Below are positions 11,231 through 24,745 of a stretch of 64,000 nucleotides of DNA, in pieces. The notes beneath the pieces are model-generated. The model was not told the origin of the DNA and searched no databases. It was given only the letters and a program-made list of their open reading frames with translations. Within the stretch, counting starts at the first letter, position 1, and each line of letters begins with the position of its first letter. The translations under genes and the position numbers were made by a program. The stretch is from Octopus bimaculoides (lineage: Eukaryota). Location of the stretch: NCBI RefSeq assembly GCF_001194135.2, contig NC_068984.1:103981191-104045190 (forward strand), in the 5' to 3' direction.

Positions 11231-12959
11231 ATGCTGATATCTGTCTATTAGGGTTTGGTTGTCAGTCTATTCATCATCATTGCCACCATCATGTTTATGT
11301 TCACTTTTCCTGTGCTGGTATGAGTTGGATGATACTTATTAAGGCAGTGTTCTACAACCAGATGCCCTTATTATTGCCAACACTTACTTGTTTTTCATCT
11401 ATAATAATAAATGCCAAAACGAATTTGTGTGCCAGTGTGTCACACTTTGGCCCCCTCCTTCACTATTCAATGACACTTCTACTATTCCTCCAGTTGGGGT
11501 GAGAGTAATAGTAGACATAGAGACAGTGAGGTGAGTAGTAGATTGATGGTTGTGATGGTAATAGGGTGATAGTAAAAGTATGAGCTGTAGTTGTGATAGA
11601 GGCAGAGGTGACTGATGATGGTGACAGTGGTAGCCGAGGCGGTCAGGGATGACGGTGATAGTAAGCAATGTGAAAGACAGTGGTGATGGTGGTGGAGGGA
11701 AAGGTGATGAAGTCAAAGGTATTGATGGTGGTGGTGTCAGAAGTCTGAATGGTGTCTGTATGGCAGTTGTGATGGTGATGGTCGTGGTACTGGTGATGGT
11801 TGAAAACAATCAACAGAAAGAGAGAGAGAGGTTAGATAGAAAAAAAATTGTACTAACCCTCACCCGAATGGGATGACAAAAAATGTTGTTTGTCATGCAG
11901 CTTTGCAATAAGTTCCAAGTCGACAAATTATATCATTGCTTTGACGAAAATTGTTCATTGCTTGAAAAATAATGGTCAAGTTTAATAAAATTTAATATGT
12001 ACTCAATGCATGAAGTGTCATTGTTGGGCCCAAGGCTCAATGAAGAGCCTCCACAGGAGCTAGCTTAAAAGCTGCCAGATAGGGTGGATTTTAAGCTAAT
12101 ATAAAATATATTCTTTATTCTATCGGTTTTCATATTTCAAAACCACCAAGCTGCAGGACACATTGTTTACAGAAAATATAAACAATAATATCACTGTCAC
12201 CCATCAGTGTCAAGGCAAAGACATGCAGAAATAAACACACAATAAGTTCCATACAGTTTCCACCAATTAATTTTATTTACAAGTCATTACTCAGTCCAAA
12301 GCTATAGTAGAAGACAACTACTCAAGATGCCATGCAATGAGATGGAACCCAAACTACCTGTTATGAAGTAGCTATAGTTTACACTAGGTATACAATATGG
12401 AATTCCTATTGACATCTTTCTTGTATTTTGAGCATGATCATTTTCCTGATGATAGGAAAGTTCAGTTTTCTTTTCTACCAACTAACAACTTGTCTTTGCT
12501 CAGTTTACTTTTAAACTCTTTGATTCTAGACTCTTCTTTCATTTTTGGAACTTTTCATTCCTGACAGATTCACTTCTAGGAACTAGACTGTTTAAATACA
12601 GAAGTTCACCCAGCCAGCCAGTCTTAAACTGATAAATACAAACTATAGATACACAAGAGATGCAATGGAATCATAGACAGGTTAGCATAAAAGAAAGACT
12701 TTGTAAGTGACAGATGCTTACAGGTAGTTAGCAGTAAGAGCACCAAAGAAATGAACCCTTTCAAATGTGCTCTGAAAGTATAGTAGCCAGAATAAAATCA
12801 GGGTTGTAGAAGCTTTATAATAATGTACTAGCATCAAGCAAACAAAAAGGTCTATTACAACCCCCAATCCTTTGCTACATACTAACAGAAAAAGATGCCT
12901 CAAAAATAATCTGGTCCCACATCTTCCTTCTCATCCAACCGAATTAAACATTTCTTAGG

Positions 12960-13400
12960 TTTAATCAATATACTTTCAAATTACAAGAAAGTATTTAATG
13001 AAAACAATTTGGAAGCAAGTTCAGTTGTACAACAACCATGAAAAATATAAAGAAACCCAGTCAAATGAGCAGCAGGGGTAAATTTCTCATGCGAAAACAG
13101 ATCCATGCTTTCTTATGAAGTCAAGCAGCACCAAGACAATTATCTACAAAACCTAAACAGGAGAATGGTAGAAAGTCCAAATACTGCTCTTTTAAACACA
13201 CCTCTTCTTTCAGAAACCTGAAAACAAATAATGTAAACAAACTATCCACCTATATTTGGAACTTGCAGTCAGATAGTTCAATACAATTATAAACACTGAA
13301 GGAATTAATGAAATAATTGGTCACATATTCTTTTTTTAAGTTGCTCTGAAGAAGAAATGCCAAACTGTTAAACAAGATAGGTAGTTTCAGAAGATATGGG
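12960..13400 (+). mobile_element. Penelope-like element GIY-YIG endonuclease remnant
   Basis: Translation TSSFRNLKTNNVNKLSTYIWNL matches the H.SSFR....T.LSKYIW.L motif of PLE endonucleases. Confidence 0.65.
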
Positions 13401-16352
13401 CAGTGGTTTAGTATATGTATATAGTGAGATCCGATACATTAGTGTGACTAAAGAGTGATTGTATGAAAAAGCTTTTAGGTGGGTGTCTTGTCAGATTAAT
13501 AAAAGAAGCAGAGAGAAAAGATAGCTCAAAAGTTTCTATACACCATATACTACCCAACAAGTGTAAATACACAAGTTTAAAAAATGCTGATTAGCATCTT
13601 GCAGGAATTATTAAATGAAATGAGTATGCTTAAAGAAATTAATTCATGGAAGATAACCTCTTAGCAAGCAACAAATATACTCTTTGAAAATCATGAAGAG
13701 ATTGTGCACAGATTATGAAAATATTCCATAATTATTAGATTTTTTATAAAAATAATATTTCTGGATAAAACTTCCAAGAGGATTCACTAAATTGTTTGCG
13801 ATATGAAACCACTTCTGTTGAATGAAGTGATTCTATTAATTTAAAAGCAAAAAAGTGTTTGAACAGTACTAGTAGATATGAAATTATTTCTTTCATTTTA
13901 TATTTTTAGTATTTAGAAAAAGAAAACTGAAATTACATTGGTCGAGCAATTCATATGCATATTGGTAAAAATGACAATGTCTAAGTAAGTTTTGTATTTT
14001 TGCAATATAAAGAAAAGATATAGAATACATATCAATCTAACAATGAAAACTAAAGGAATATTAACACCGGAACATTATTGTAAACTGAGAAAATACTATT
14101 TGACTGGATTATTTAAACTATGCATTATAAAATGACTTTTATAATATGTTCAGAGGTACCAACACCATCTCACTCTCTCTGACTGTTTCTCTATTTTTCA
14201 AACTCTCTCCTATCTTCCTTCTCCTACTGGGGAAGCCAAGTATCTCCTCTATAGTAAAACAACTATCTCTGTCTCTTTATCATACTCCAACCTCTCACCT
14301 GGCACACAACCACTTCCCTCAGTTTCACTCCCTCTCAACTAAGAGGTCTTTGTCTTGAAAGTTACTTGGTGACCCCACTTGTGCCGGTGTCACATAAAAA
14401 GCACCTGTGCTGGTGCCATATAAAAAGCACCTGTGCTGGTGCCATATAAAGAGCAACCAGTGCACTCTGTAAAGTGGTTGGCATTAAGAAGGGCATCCAG
14501 CTGTAGAAACTATGCCAAAACAGAAAACTGGAGCTTGTAGTTCTTTAGCCTGCCAGCTCCTGTCAAACTATTCAACCCATGTTAATATGAAAAACAGATG
14601 TTAAATAATAATGATGAAGATGATGATGAAGTATAAGCTAAATAGACAATAGTTATGGCAGATTAAAAGCAACTAAACTCTGACAGAAGGATATGTGGAA
14701 GATGTTAACAGCTCTGGAGGTGACGAGAAGGAATAAAGAAGATAGCTAGCTTGAGGCAACCAAAAAGGGAGTGTCACTGGCTGTGAAACAAGCAAGAGGA
14801 GTTAAGCTGAAAGCCAGGAGTAACTGGGCAGTAACTGACCATTACTACTGGCATGCCAACCAAAGGATTTAGGGTCAAAACACTCAAGACAATACTTGAT
14901 GACTTCTTTTGGTTAAAAGCTACTGTTGTTAGCACATGACTGAATCTGCTAACAACTCTAATAGATGTATCTAATAGTATTCCCCACTGAAACCAATAAA
15001 TATTAAGCAGGCAGAAGAGAATGAAGAACATTGTCATTCTAATAATATATTTTAAAGATTAAAAAGTTAGGCATTCAATACATACAAAATGAAAGTAGCT
15101 TTCATCAAAATACATGTTTATTGATTCATATCTCTGACTTGGTCGTGGATAATTGTAAGATGGTGCCAGATAACCATAGTGCTATAAAAAAGAAATAGCA
15201 TATGAAAATATTTGGCTAAATTTTCTTCCTTGATAGCACTAGTATAGAGGGATGACGTATAAAATAGAAAACAATATTCTTCAACTGATAAAAGAAAAAA
15301 GTACATTTTGGTTTTAACCAGGTTTCTGTCTCAAAATAATAATAATAATAATGATAATAATAATAAATTTTCTGCTTAAAAAAACAAACAAAAAAACTAT
15401 GGTTAGCTCTTTTAGCCTACAATTATTGTTTGGAAGCAAAATGATAAATCAACAAAGTTAAAACTAATTGAAGTAATATTAATAAATTGAAAATAATTTG
15501 ATCTGGAAATGGGTTTTCTTTTTACCATTAGAAATCATGCAAAGTAAAAAAAGGATGAGATAGAATTGTATTACTGATATCATCAGACAATCCAATACCA
15601 ACTTCATGAAATGCAAGGAAAATAGTAAAGTATTTTAAATAAGGTTGCATAATAATTATGTTGGGTATAAAGATTATAATGGGTGTGAGTAATCATAATA
15701 GTTACAAGGAAAGATGCACAAAGGATACATTTATTACAAAGAGTTCTAGAAGCTTTCTATCAAGCTAATTGGTTCTTTTGAGTTTTCAATCACCCTATTG
15801 TATATAATTGGCATTACCAGGGAAGCCAACACCCACAGGTACAATGTGACTTAGAGTAGGATCAAAATAATGCATAAGATATATCAATAATAGTTGGCAT
15901 GTTTACAGCAATATCCAATAATGGTTCCAGTTTGTGAGGGTACATGGCCTAGTGGTTAGGGTGCTGAACTCATGATTGCAAGATTGAGGTTTCAATTCCT
16001 GGAGCAGAAGACTTCATCTCATGTTGCTCTGTGTCACTTCAACACCTAATGTATGGTACACTGCACACCTATTCAGTCAACATCGATTTGATGGAAAGAA
16101 TGAGTTAATGTACAACATATACATTTGATCCATTTAAACAAATCATTTGTGTTGGTCATTCAGCAAAAACTGAATACTCATGTCATATTCAACAGGAGAT
16201 TCTATCATAGCTCCAGTTGAGTAAATGAGATGTTTCTTCTAGTATAGCAAAGCAAAAAATATCAGTAGCTAAGATTTGATACATTTATTTTCATGGTCAT
16301 CATATATTCTAGATGTTCCCAGCTCTTAGAGATATTCAATTGAAATTGAGGA

Positions 16353-16396
<44 letters not shown>

Positions 16397-16852
16397 GTAT
16401 GTATGTATGTATGTATGTATTCCTAGTTATGAGTAAATAGTAAATAACTGAAGTGCATAAATACATACAATTACATACAATTTATACTGCTTGAACAAAA
16501 TTGTATAATATTTATATCATGAACTGTACACATTAACAAGCATTAATTACAAAAGCTTTTCTCTCTTCATATATTATCATCGTTTAACGTTTGCTTTCCA
16601 TGCTGGCATGGGTTAAATGGTTTGACTGAGAACTGGCAAGCTGGGAGGCTGTGGGCACCATAAAGTGTGACATGTAACCAAAAGTTGGGCTCAGTATTGG
16701 GTTCCCCACTCCACTCCAGTATTCGGTGTAGTATGACACAAGGCACCAAAGTCAGGACAGGTTAGAGTGCAGAGTATGACACAAATAAAAGAAATAATAA
16801 TAACAATAGGCAGAAAACAGGTATTGTCTTCATAACATTGAATACCAAACCT

Positions 16853-17400
16853 ATTATTATTATTATTATTATTTACATAGCAGCTCAACTCAGCTCGATG
16901 TGCCTTAGGTCATCCCAGGTTAGTGGTCCCAGTGGCATCATCATGCGTAAAACTGACCAGATCCACCAGTGTTCTCTATCGCTGGCAGTCCCGTGCCAGC
17001 TCCTTTACATCCATCAAGATGGAGTTGAGCCTCCAGAGATATTCTTTAATCATGACCAGTCATCTGGTGCAGGGCCGTCAAGAACATCAGATGGTACCAT
17101 GTGATGTTCTTGATGGCCGTCACAGCTCTGCTATTGAAAACTGGTGATCCTCTATATTGGCTCTGAAGTCATAGAGTTTATCAGCTCTTGCATCTATCTG
17201 GACTCCATAGTCAACAGCAATGGAGACTTGACTCCAGAGATCAACTGCATACGTGGTTTGACCACCAAGGTTGTGCACACCCTATGGAAGCCCCTTTGAT
17301 GCCACTGCCCTATCTCCCAGAAGTCAAAGCTCCATATCTACAAAATGTTGAGCCTCTCTGGTCTCCTCTATAGAGCAGAAAGGTGGCTCCTCACAAAGAC
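16853..17400 (-). mobile_element. RTE-clade LINE 3' end with (AAT)n tail
   Basis: Reverse strand encodes ..MDVKELARDCQR*RTLV.. preceded by a degenerate G.RP..RP region; (tat)n tail at 16853-16873. Confidence 0.6.
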
Positions 17401-19649
17401 CCTGGCAAAGTGGATTATTTACATATACATATGTATACAAAAATACACACACAACACACACACACACACACACAGAGGCAAATCCAAGAAGAAAATAAAA
17501 CCCCAGAAAACAACAAAAATCAATTGGACATACACTAAATATATTAGACTGATAACCAGTGAAAGTTTAGAAGTAGAAATGACATTTTGAGCACGGCTCT
17601 TCATCATATAGAGGAAAGGCAGGAATGAGCAGATAGCCCAAAGAAAAGCATGTGTGTTGTTACATGGCCAAAATATAACTGACCTGAAGTTGGAGAGAGA
17701 CAGCAAATGTGGTTTTTAAAACCAGGAGAGTATAAAAATGAGCAGGGTGTGAGTGTGGAAGGTAAGTGGAGAGAGAAAAAGAGGGGAAAAGCATAGGAAA
17801 GGAGAATGAGATTGGAGAGAGAAATGGAATTTAGAAGCTGTTTGAAGGAGGAGGGAGTGTATTAAGTCCAAACAGCTTATGAGTTTGCAAAGAGAAGATG
17901 TAATGTTGCTCCTTGCTAAGTCAGATAGTGATGAATCTATGGTGTGAGGCCAGGCCAAATATTGTGTAGTGTTGGTCAAGCAAAAGTAGCAAACAACAGG
18001 AGTATTTTTCTGGAGGCAGATATCTCATAGATATCAGTAATCTGTTGGCTAGCTGGTGGCCAGACTGTCCAACATATAAAGACCTGTAAAGGGTATATTT
18101 GAGGCAGTAAATGATGTAAGATGAGATACAGGAGGAGCCACAGAAGTGAGCAGTGTGTTAGTTGGTTCCAGTGACAGAGGTGATGTTGGCGATGAATGGA
18201 CAGGTGTGGTACTGTGGTCAAGAGCAAGGGAAGGATCCAGCATGGGTGAGAATGGAGGGAGAGGAAGGAGCTATGGACCAGTAGGTCACATAGGTGCTGG
18301 GTACATTTGAAGGAGGCGAGAGGTGGGTTGGGGAAAAACAGGGAGGGTGGTAAGATCAGAAAGAGGAAGTTAAAAGGCCCATAGAATTTTCTGATGAAGG
18401 GGTAGAGGGTGGGAAAGGGAAGCAAGGGGACATGATTGGGAGACAGGTGTGAGTGAGGACCAATTTGGCAGGCATGAGTAAGGGCAGCATGGACAAGGGT
18501 GGAGAAGTATCCACAATGAGTTGACAGGCGGGCCAAGTAACAAAATTTGTTGAAGAATTAGTAAAAAAAAAAACTCCAAATGCAGATGCAAAACTTAGGA
18601 TCAAGAAGCCACAAAGTAAATCTAGCAATGATAAAAGTTCCACTTAGCAGGCAAGACCACAGAATTCAACTACCATTAAAGAGGTGGCTCATACTCAATA
18701 TGCAGAAATAGGTAGGAACTCTGGTGTGAAATAAATTATTTTAAATATCCAGAAAGCTCTCAAGAGGTAGCTGATAACTTCTGTTATCTTAGTAAATTAA
18801 TCACCAGTGAAAATTATTGTTCTGAGAGTTATTATCTCTGCAAGTAACAAAGGGGTTCTCTCCCCCAAGTGAAGGGCAAATTATATAATTGCATTCAAAG
18901 TGCCAGTACTGCTTGGTAGCAAAACATGGTATTAAATGTGAAGGATGTGCAGAGGTTAGAAAGAAATAAGGTGAGTATAGTTTGCAGAATGTGTTAATTT
19001 TGGAGAGAACAAGCAACAGAACACAAACAAGCTGAGACTGGGTATAAGCAGAATCTGATGTAATACGCAAGAAAAAAGGTTGCATCGGTGTAGCCATGTG
19101 ATGTATAATGACCGTGACAGAGCCAAGTAATCCCAAAACGAAAGGAACTCATTGAAGATGGAGGGAAATTAGATAAGGGTATGGACATCTCGGTAAAGGC
19201 TTAAATCAGGATGTTGGACTTCATAAATGAAACAAGGAATTGCAATGAGCAGCATAATGCTATGCTGCAGAAAACCTATCAGTCTTTACAAGCACAGAAA
19301 AATAACAATGACGATGATAATGATGATAATTACTATGAAATACACACAGATCTCACCTTGGAATTCAACCAGCATAACTAAATCAAAACTGCTAGGATTT
19401 TGATACAACTCTACAGGCTTCACATAAACTTATATGCCCAACCATCTGTATGTTAACCAGAATATATTTGTAAATATTTCAACAGTAAAAACAATAATGA
19501 ACTCTACAATGATTCTTCTATTATTTATGAGTGTGAATAGATGAAGGAAAAACAAGATACATCTCCAAATCACAAATCTGCCACTCTCTGATAGGCTTGT
19601 GGTCAAGCCTGGAGCAGTGTAGACCTCCGGTGTTCTTGACCCCTGGACT

Positions 19650-20500
19650 AGATTTGGTAAATTTTGATACTTTCACCCACACAATTTTCACTAAGAAAAA
19701 ACAAAAACAACTCAGAGTTTTTGCGTCGAATCAAGTACCCTGCAAATAAGTACCCTTATTTTTGTTCAGAAAAGCCCCACCCCCATCCCACCTAGTCATT
19801 GGAATTTTTTTTACCTTTTTCATTGAATGAATTATGGTGACCTCTTAATATGCCATAAAACCCATTTTTTGGTCCAGAAAACAGGATGGGGTGGGGTGGA
19901 ACCCTCGGAAATTTCACCCCCTTCCCATTTTCAAATATTTTTTGCTGTTTCTTTCTTTACCCATATTTTTAGATAACATTTGGCAGAAATATGTTTTCAA
20001 GAGAGTGTGTATTACATTAGACTGAAAATTCAAAGAAGTTTGAAATGAATAAGTGAAAATGCAGAGGTTATAGAAGTTAGTGGTAATGAAGTGTGTGGAG
20101 AGATAAAGAATGATAAATAATTCATCTAAAAAAACAAGTTAGAGTTTGTGTATATGTGTGAAACAAGTAAAATTATAATACTAAAAAGAAAATATCTTTT
20201 TCATACCTCTTAAAAATCATTGGATATAATATATATAATAATCCCAGATTGCAGAATAGATTCGAAAAACTAAAGCACTTTCCCTTTGCAATTTTTAGTG
20301 CCAAAATCAGGTTGCTAATGTGTTTCATTTTTGTGTGAGGAGGGGGAGAAAGAGAGAGTGAGTGGGTGATGAAGTTTACCCCACCCTTTTTTCTGAACAA
20401 AAACAAGGGGTTTGCAGCGTATTAGGAGGTCAGGGTACTTGATTCCACACANNNNNNNNNNGTGAAAATCGTGCAGGTGAAAGTATCAAAATTTACCCTA
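19650..20500. mobile_element. Non-autonomous DNA transposon (MITE-like) with long imperfect terminal inverted repeats, spanning a 10-N gap
   Basis: gaatcaagtaccctg (19728) / cagggtacttgattc (20431); cccttatttttgttcagaaaa / ttttctgaacaaaaacaagggg; ggtaaattttgatactttcacc..ttttcac / gtgaaaat..ggtgaaagtatcaaaatttacc. Confidence 0.7.
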
Positions 20501-23500
20501 GATTCTTGCTCACTGCAATCAGGGTGCAGAAGGCTATCTGCAAGTATGAGCCCCATGAGTCAGAATGGCTGTTTAAGTGTGTGTCCCTTGCCATCGTCCA
20601 GGACAATGCCTTCTCCAATTCTGTCTGCTGGAACCATGAAGTCAACTGACAAGTTGTTTTAGTTAAAGAAATTATATATTATCCTGTTAGGAATTAAAAA
20701 TTATGTATGGAACATAGAGGAGACATCGGAAACAAGATAGTGTTTATGTGTTTGTCTGTGCATGCAAATTAGTGTTCTTTTTGTTGTTTATACACTTTCA
20801 CCTTGCATCCTTGCCCTCACCACACCTATCTATTGCTCCCCCACCCATTTTTGCTTGTCTCCTTATCATGCACAGGTCTCCAGGTCTGACTGCATAATCC
20901 TCATCAATGTCCTTCATCAGGCTTATATATAAGGGGTTGTGTCAGACTATCTTCAATGAACTCTACCTAACCAATAAACTCTAACATCACTCTGTTGTAC
21001 TTCAAGCTATCAAATGCATCCCAAATAATCCTGCCTTTTTCTATCATGCTCTTGCTCCTTTCCATGCACCCACCCATTCTGGCCCTTCTGATACCATTGC
21101 TCTCCCTCCTATTTCCGTCTTTGCTCACCTGAACAAATGTACACATCGTAGGTTATTGAGTACTCTCTAAATTCATGCCTACACTCTTATCGACCTCTCA
21201 GTCATCCATTTCTGGCCTTTCTGCTGTCATCACTTCTATCCCATTCTTTGGGATACTTCCTAAATACTTCCTAAATACTTCCTCCTCTGGTACTGATGCC
21301 ACATTGGAACACTCCTGCTGTGCTACCTCTACAAGCGATTGCAGAACAAGGCTACCTCTCTAGTGCTGGTACCATGAAAAAATGCACCCAGTATATATTA
21401 TAAAATGGTTGGTCAAAGATCAGAGACAGTGTTGGGTTGTGAAGTCCCTTTAAGGATTATTCACTCATTCTAGTGTTGGTACCATGAGAAAATGGACCCA
21501 GCTGTAGAGACCAAGCAAAATGATTAAATTTATGGGCTCCACTTAAGAATCGACTCAGACTGTGATGGCCCATACAACCTATACTAGCAAAGAAAGTGGA
21601 CATAAAATGATTATGGCTCCTGTAATGAACATCTTGCCCTTTTCAAGACATCTCAAACAGTACTGTCCTATGTGCTCTTTCTAATTTTAAGGCAGTAGGG
21701 TATGATTTGAGGGAGATTTGGTTGCTATTTCTAAGAAGTTAAATAAGCTTACAACTAGATAAAGTGAGCCTTTTGAGATTTAACTATGAGTGACAATGTG
21801 AAATCAAATGGGATTTTGTTTAACTCTAGTGTTGAATAGAAAAAAATCATGAAGCTACATAAAGTTTATTTGTCAAATCAGTGACCCAAGTGAATAACAA
21901 TAACCAAGACTTATTGAATAAACTATTAATTTTACCTTTTACACATGTCAATTATATATTTTTACATTTACTTCGGCTTCACTTGAACCCTTGACTTTTC
22001 ATTGCAACATCCATTATCTTGTATTTTAGTTTAAAGGCTTATATAGTAAACAATTACAATGAAATGTTTTAAATTGAATTTCGCAATATAATTATGGAGA
22101 TTTCCATACTGCTACAGCAATATTTCAAACAACGATTAAATGAACCACCCATACTGTTAGAGTAACAAAGTAAGCAGAGAATAATTATATGAGCTGCAGT
22201 GTCTATTGATAAGTGCTGCCTTAAGAGAGATATGCAAAGCAACTGACAGTCAAATATACATCAGATGTGATCAGTTCTATAATTTACTTGAATATTATCA
22301 TTTTTTAAAAATATCAACAGAATTGCACAAAAGCAAATCTATTCATAAAATGAAATGCTGATGAAAAGACATTTTGGCAATAATACAAAACACAGCACAA
22401 AGCATTTTTTTAAGGAAGGCTAGATTGAATATTACACATCAAGTAGAAATATCATTTGGAGATATCTGCTTCTGTTACAACATTGTTATATAAATTACCC
22501 AGCAGTAATGAAAAGATGCTTAGAAGTAGTTCCTGTTAGATCAAACAGAGGAATCAACATCTCCAAGTTAGTTAAGTGGAAACAAAATGCTGATAACAGA
22601 ATCGGCAGGTCCTTTAAATAGAGATGCAAAATATTCATTCATGACAGAGTAAGAATTATCAGTGAAGTGGGTTGGTCATCTCCCGGTTAGCATGGTCATT
22701 AAAAAGAAAAACTTACATGCTATAAAAAGGTAAAAACAGAAGATAAAAACTTATAGACTAAATTTTGAAAACAGAGAAAGTAATATTTAAATTTACAAAA
22801 TATGAAGTCTGGATTTGTGTTTAGGATGTAAGATTGCTGTGAAAATATATTGTCAGAAAATAAGTGAATGCAAGTGGTATTTGTTAACTTAGCAGAATAC
22901 CTTGGATAGCAGTCTGATGGAGTAGGAGGAATATGAATTTAGTGTTCATATACACACTACTAACCACATCTATACTGCACTTATTTCCATACTCAAATTA
23001 CACACTGAAATTGTTTTTAATGCATTGAGTGTATTCATCTCAACTTTTGCCAATTATGTGTGATTGATTACATGACAACTGAGAAATGGCCCAGATTGAC
23101 TTCAGTGCTGAACAGACTTTCTAAGATATATTTGCAGTTCTTAACATCTTCATCATCAACATTTTCTCAACACTCTAATGGTTCTATCATTCTAATTCAA
23201 TATCAGTGATCCCTAATTTCACAAAATATTTCATGTCTAGTAAGCTAAAAATTAAAAAGTCTTTTTGTTTTTTTTTCTCCAAATAAATTGAAATGTTTAG
23301 CCTGACTGTATTCTACTGAATGCTCACATCACTGCAAACATTCATGTTGCTAATACAAAAAAAATACCATGAAATCAGAAGTAACAATATATCACAGATA
23401 CAGATGATTTTTTATTTAAAATCTTTCTTGTATTTCAAAGCACAATAGAAAAAGCTGAAACACTGAAGTTAAATACGTCAAACTTGAAAATGGTTGATAA

Positions 23501-24318
23501 ACACACACAGAATTTAGTTATCAGCTACCAATTTGTAAACCAACTTGTCCTTCAGCAGATCCATCTCTTTTTATGTAATTCTGATTCAGCAAACTTTGCA
23601 CTGGCTGATCTGGACTAGGTTGAGAAAGAACAAATTACTTAATTCAGCTATCAGCTAAAATAAGCACCAACAACTATGCAGAAAAATCTTTTCTGACATA
23701 GATTAGTGGTAGTGTTAATTTTCCAGAACTGATATTGAATCAACTTTCAGTAAATTCCATGAAAAAGGCAGGGAAATTGAATAATATCAGGGAGATTAAT
23801 ACTCAAGGCCTTTAAAGGAATGTAGCATTGATTACATTCATGAATTCACAACTCATCAATCTAAACGATCTTGAAAATATCACATTTATATATGTATAAT
23901 CATCATCATTTAACATTATATATTATTGTTATACATATATATATATATCTCACACACATAAAATCTATAAAATAAGTTTATATGAAGCAAGGCGCATTCT
24001 AACAGGATATTCCAAGTAGTATCATTCTTTTCAAAATTTACCAATCATGCAACAGAAATTGTTTTTATTTTTCTAATTTTATAGTATTTCTTATTGCCAA
24101 ATACAGGTTATCACTATTTTAAAAAAAATTATACATGTGTGTGTATGTGTGTATACACACACACTATGCATATATATAAAAAACTTTCCTCATGATCTGT
24201 TCTGGTTAATCATCCAAATGCACTTGGAACATCTAATACAGAGTTCCAAGCAACCATAATGGATAAGAAATAATATAAACTTGTTTTTATCATAATTTCT
24301 TCAATAAACACATGCGTG

Positions 24319-24378
<60 letters not shown>

Positions 24379-24388
24379 NNNNNNNNNN

Positions 24389-24430
<42 letters not shown>

Positions 24431-24666
24431 TTCTGACAAATGATACACCTACAGTTTGAACCTTCATCTCATAGATATGTCTAGATTCATGAAACCAAAC
24501 ATCTTATCTATGAAACTATTTCTTTTCACATTTAATAAAATTGTAAGAAATTATTCAAATGAAAGAAAATAATCAAAAATTACTGGAATAAAGTATTTTC
24601 AATAAATGAAACAAAGAGGAATAAGAAAAAGAAAAAACCTTGAAAAAAAAGTCAAAGTTAACTTAC

Positions 24667-24745
24667 CAGTTTAGTTAGAATTCGTGTTGGAATTGATATT
24701 GCTGGTAAGTTAGCTTGACCACAGACTGGTATTAATGGGGAATCA
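24667..24745 (-). CDS. ATG16L1: ATG16L1 coding exon 8 ((N)DSPLIPVCGQANLPAISIPTRILTKL), linker leading into the WD40 domain
   Basis: Acceptor ctttttaaccag|, donor CTG|gtaagt; phase 2 to 0; 79 nt; ISIPTRILTKL aligns with human VRVPATALCVF, which precedes the DAHDGEV WD40 start. Confidence 0.85.

Noticed and set aside
11399-11876. Thr/Pro-rich and Gly/Val-rich ORFs
   Set aside because: Translations of a (GAT)/(GGT) low-complexity tract
17976-18643. Several overlapping ORFs of 64-186 aa
   Set aside because: Composition-biased, decayed retroelement-like DNA with no recognisable domain or splice pattern
19355-19450. Minus-strand segment with cag acceptor and gtgaga donor
   Set aside because: Stop codons in all three frames
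20880-20925. Minus-strand CTGATGAAGGAC..GTC motif
   Set aside because: No GAAA core or stem III; too decayed to call
22499-22610. Phase-0 open segment DLPILLSAFCFHLTNLEMLIPLFDLTGTTSKHLFITAG with ag/gt ends, considered as ATG16L1 exon 9
   Set aside because: No similarity to the expected DAHDGEVNAV WD40 blade and a poor polypyrimidine tract
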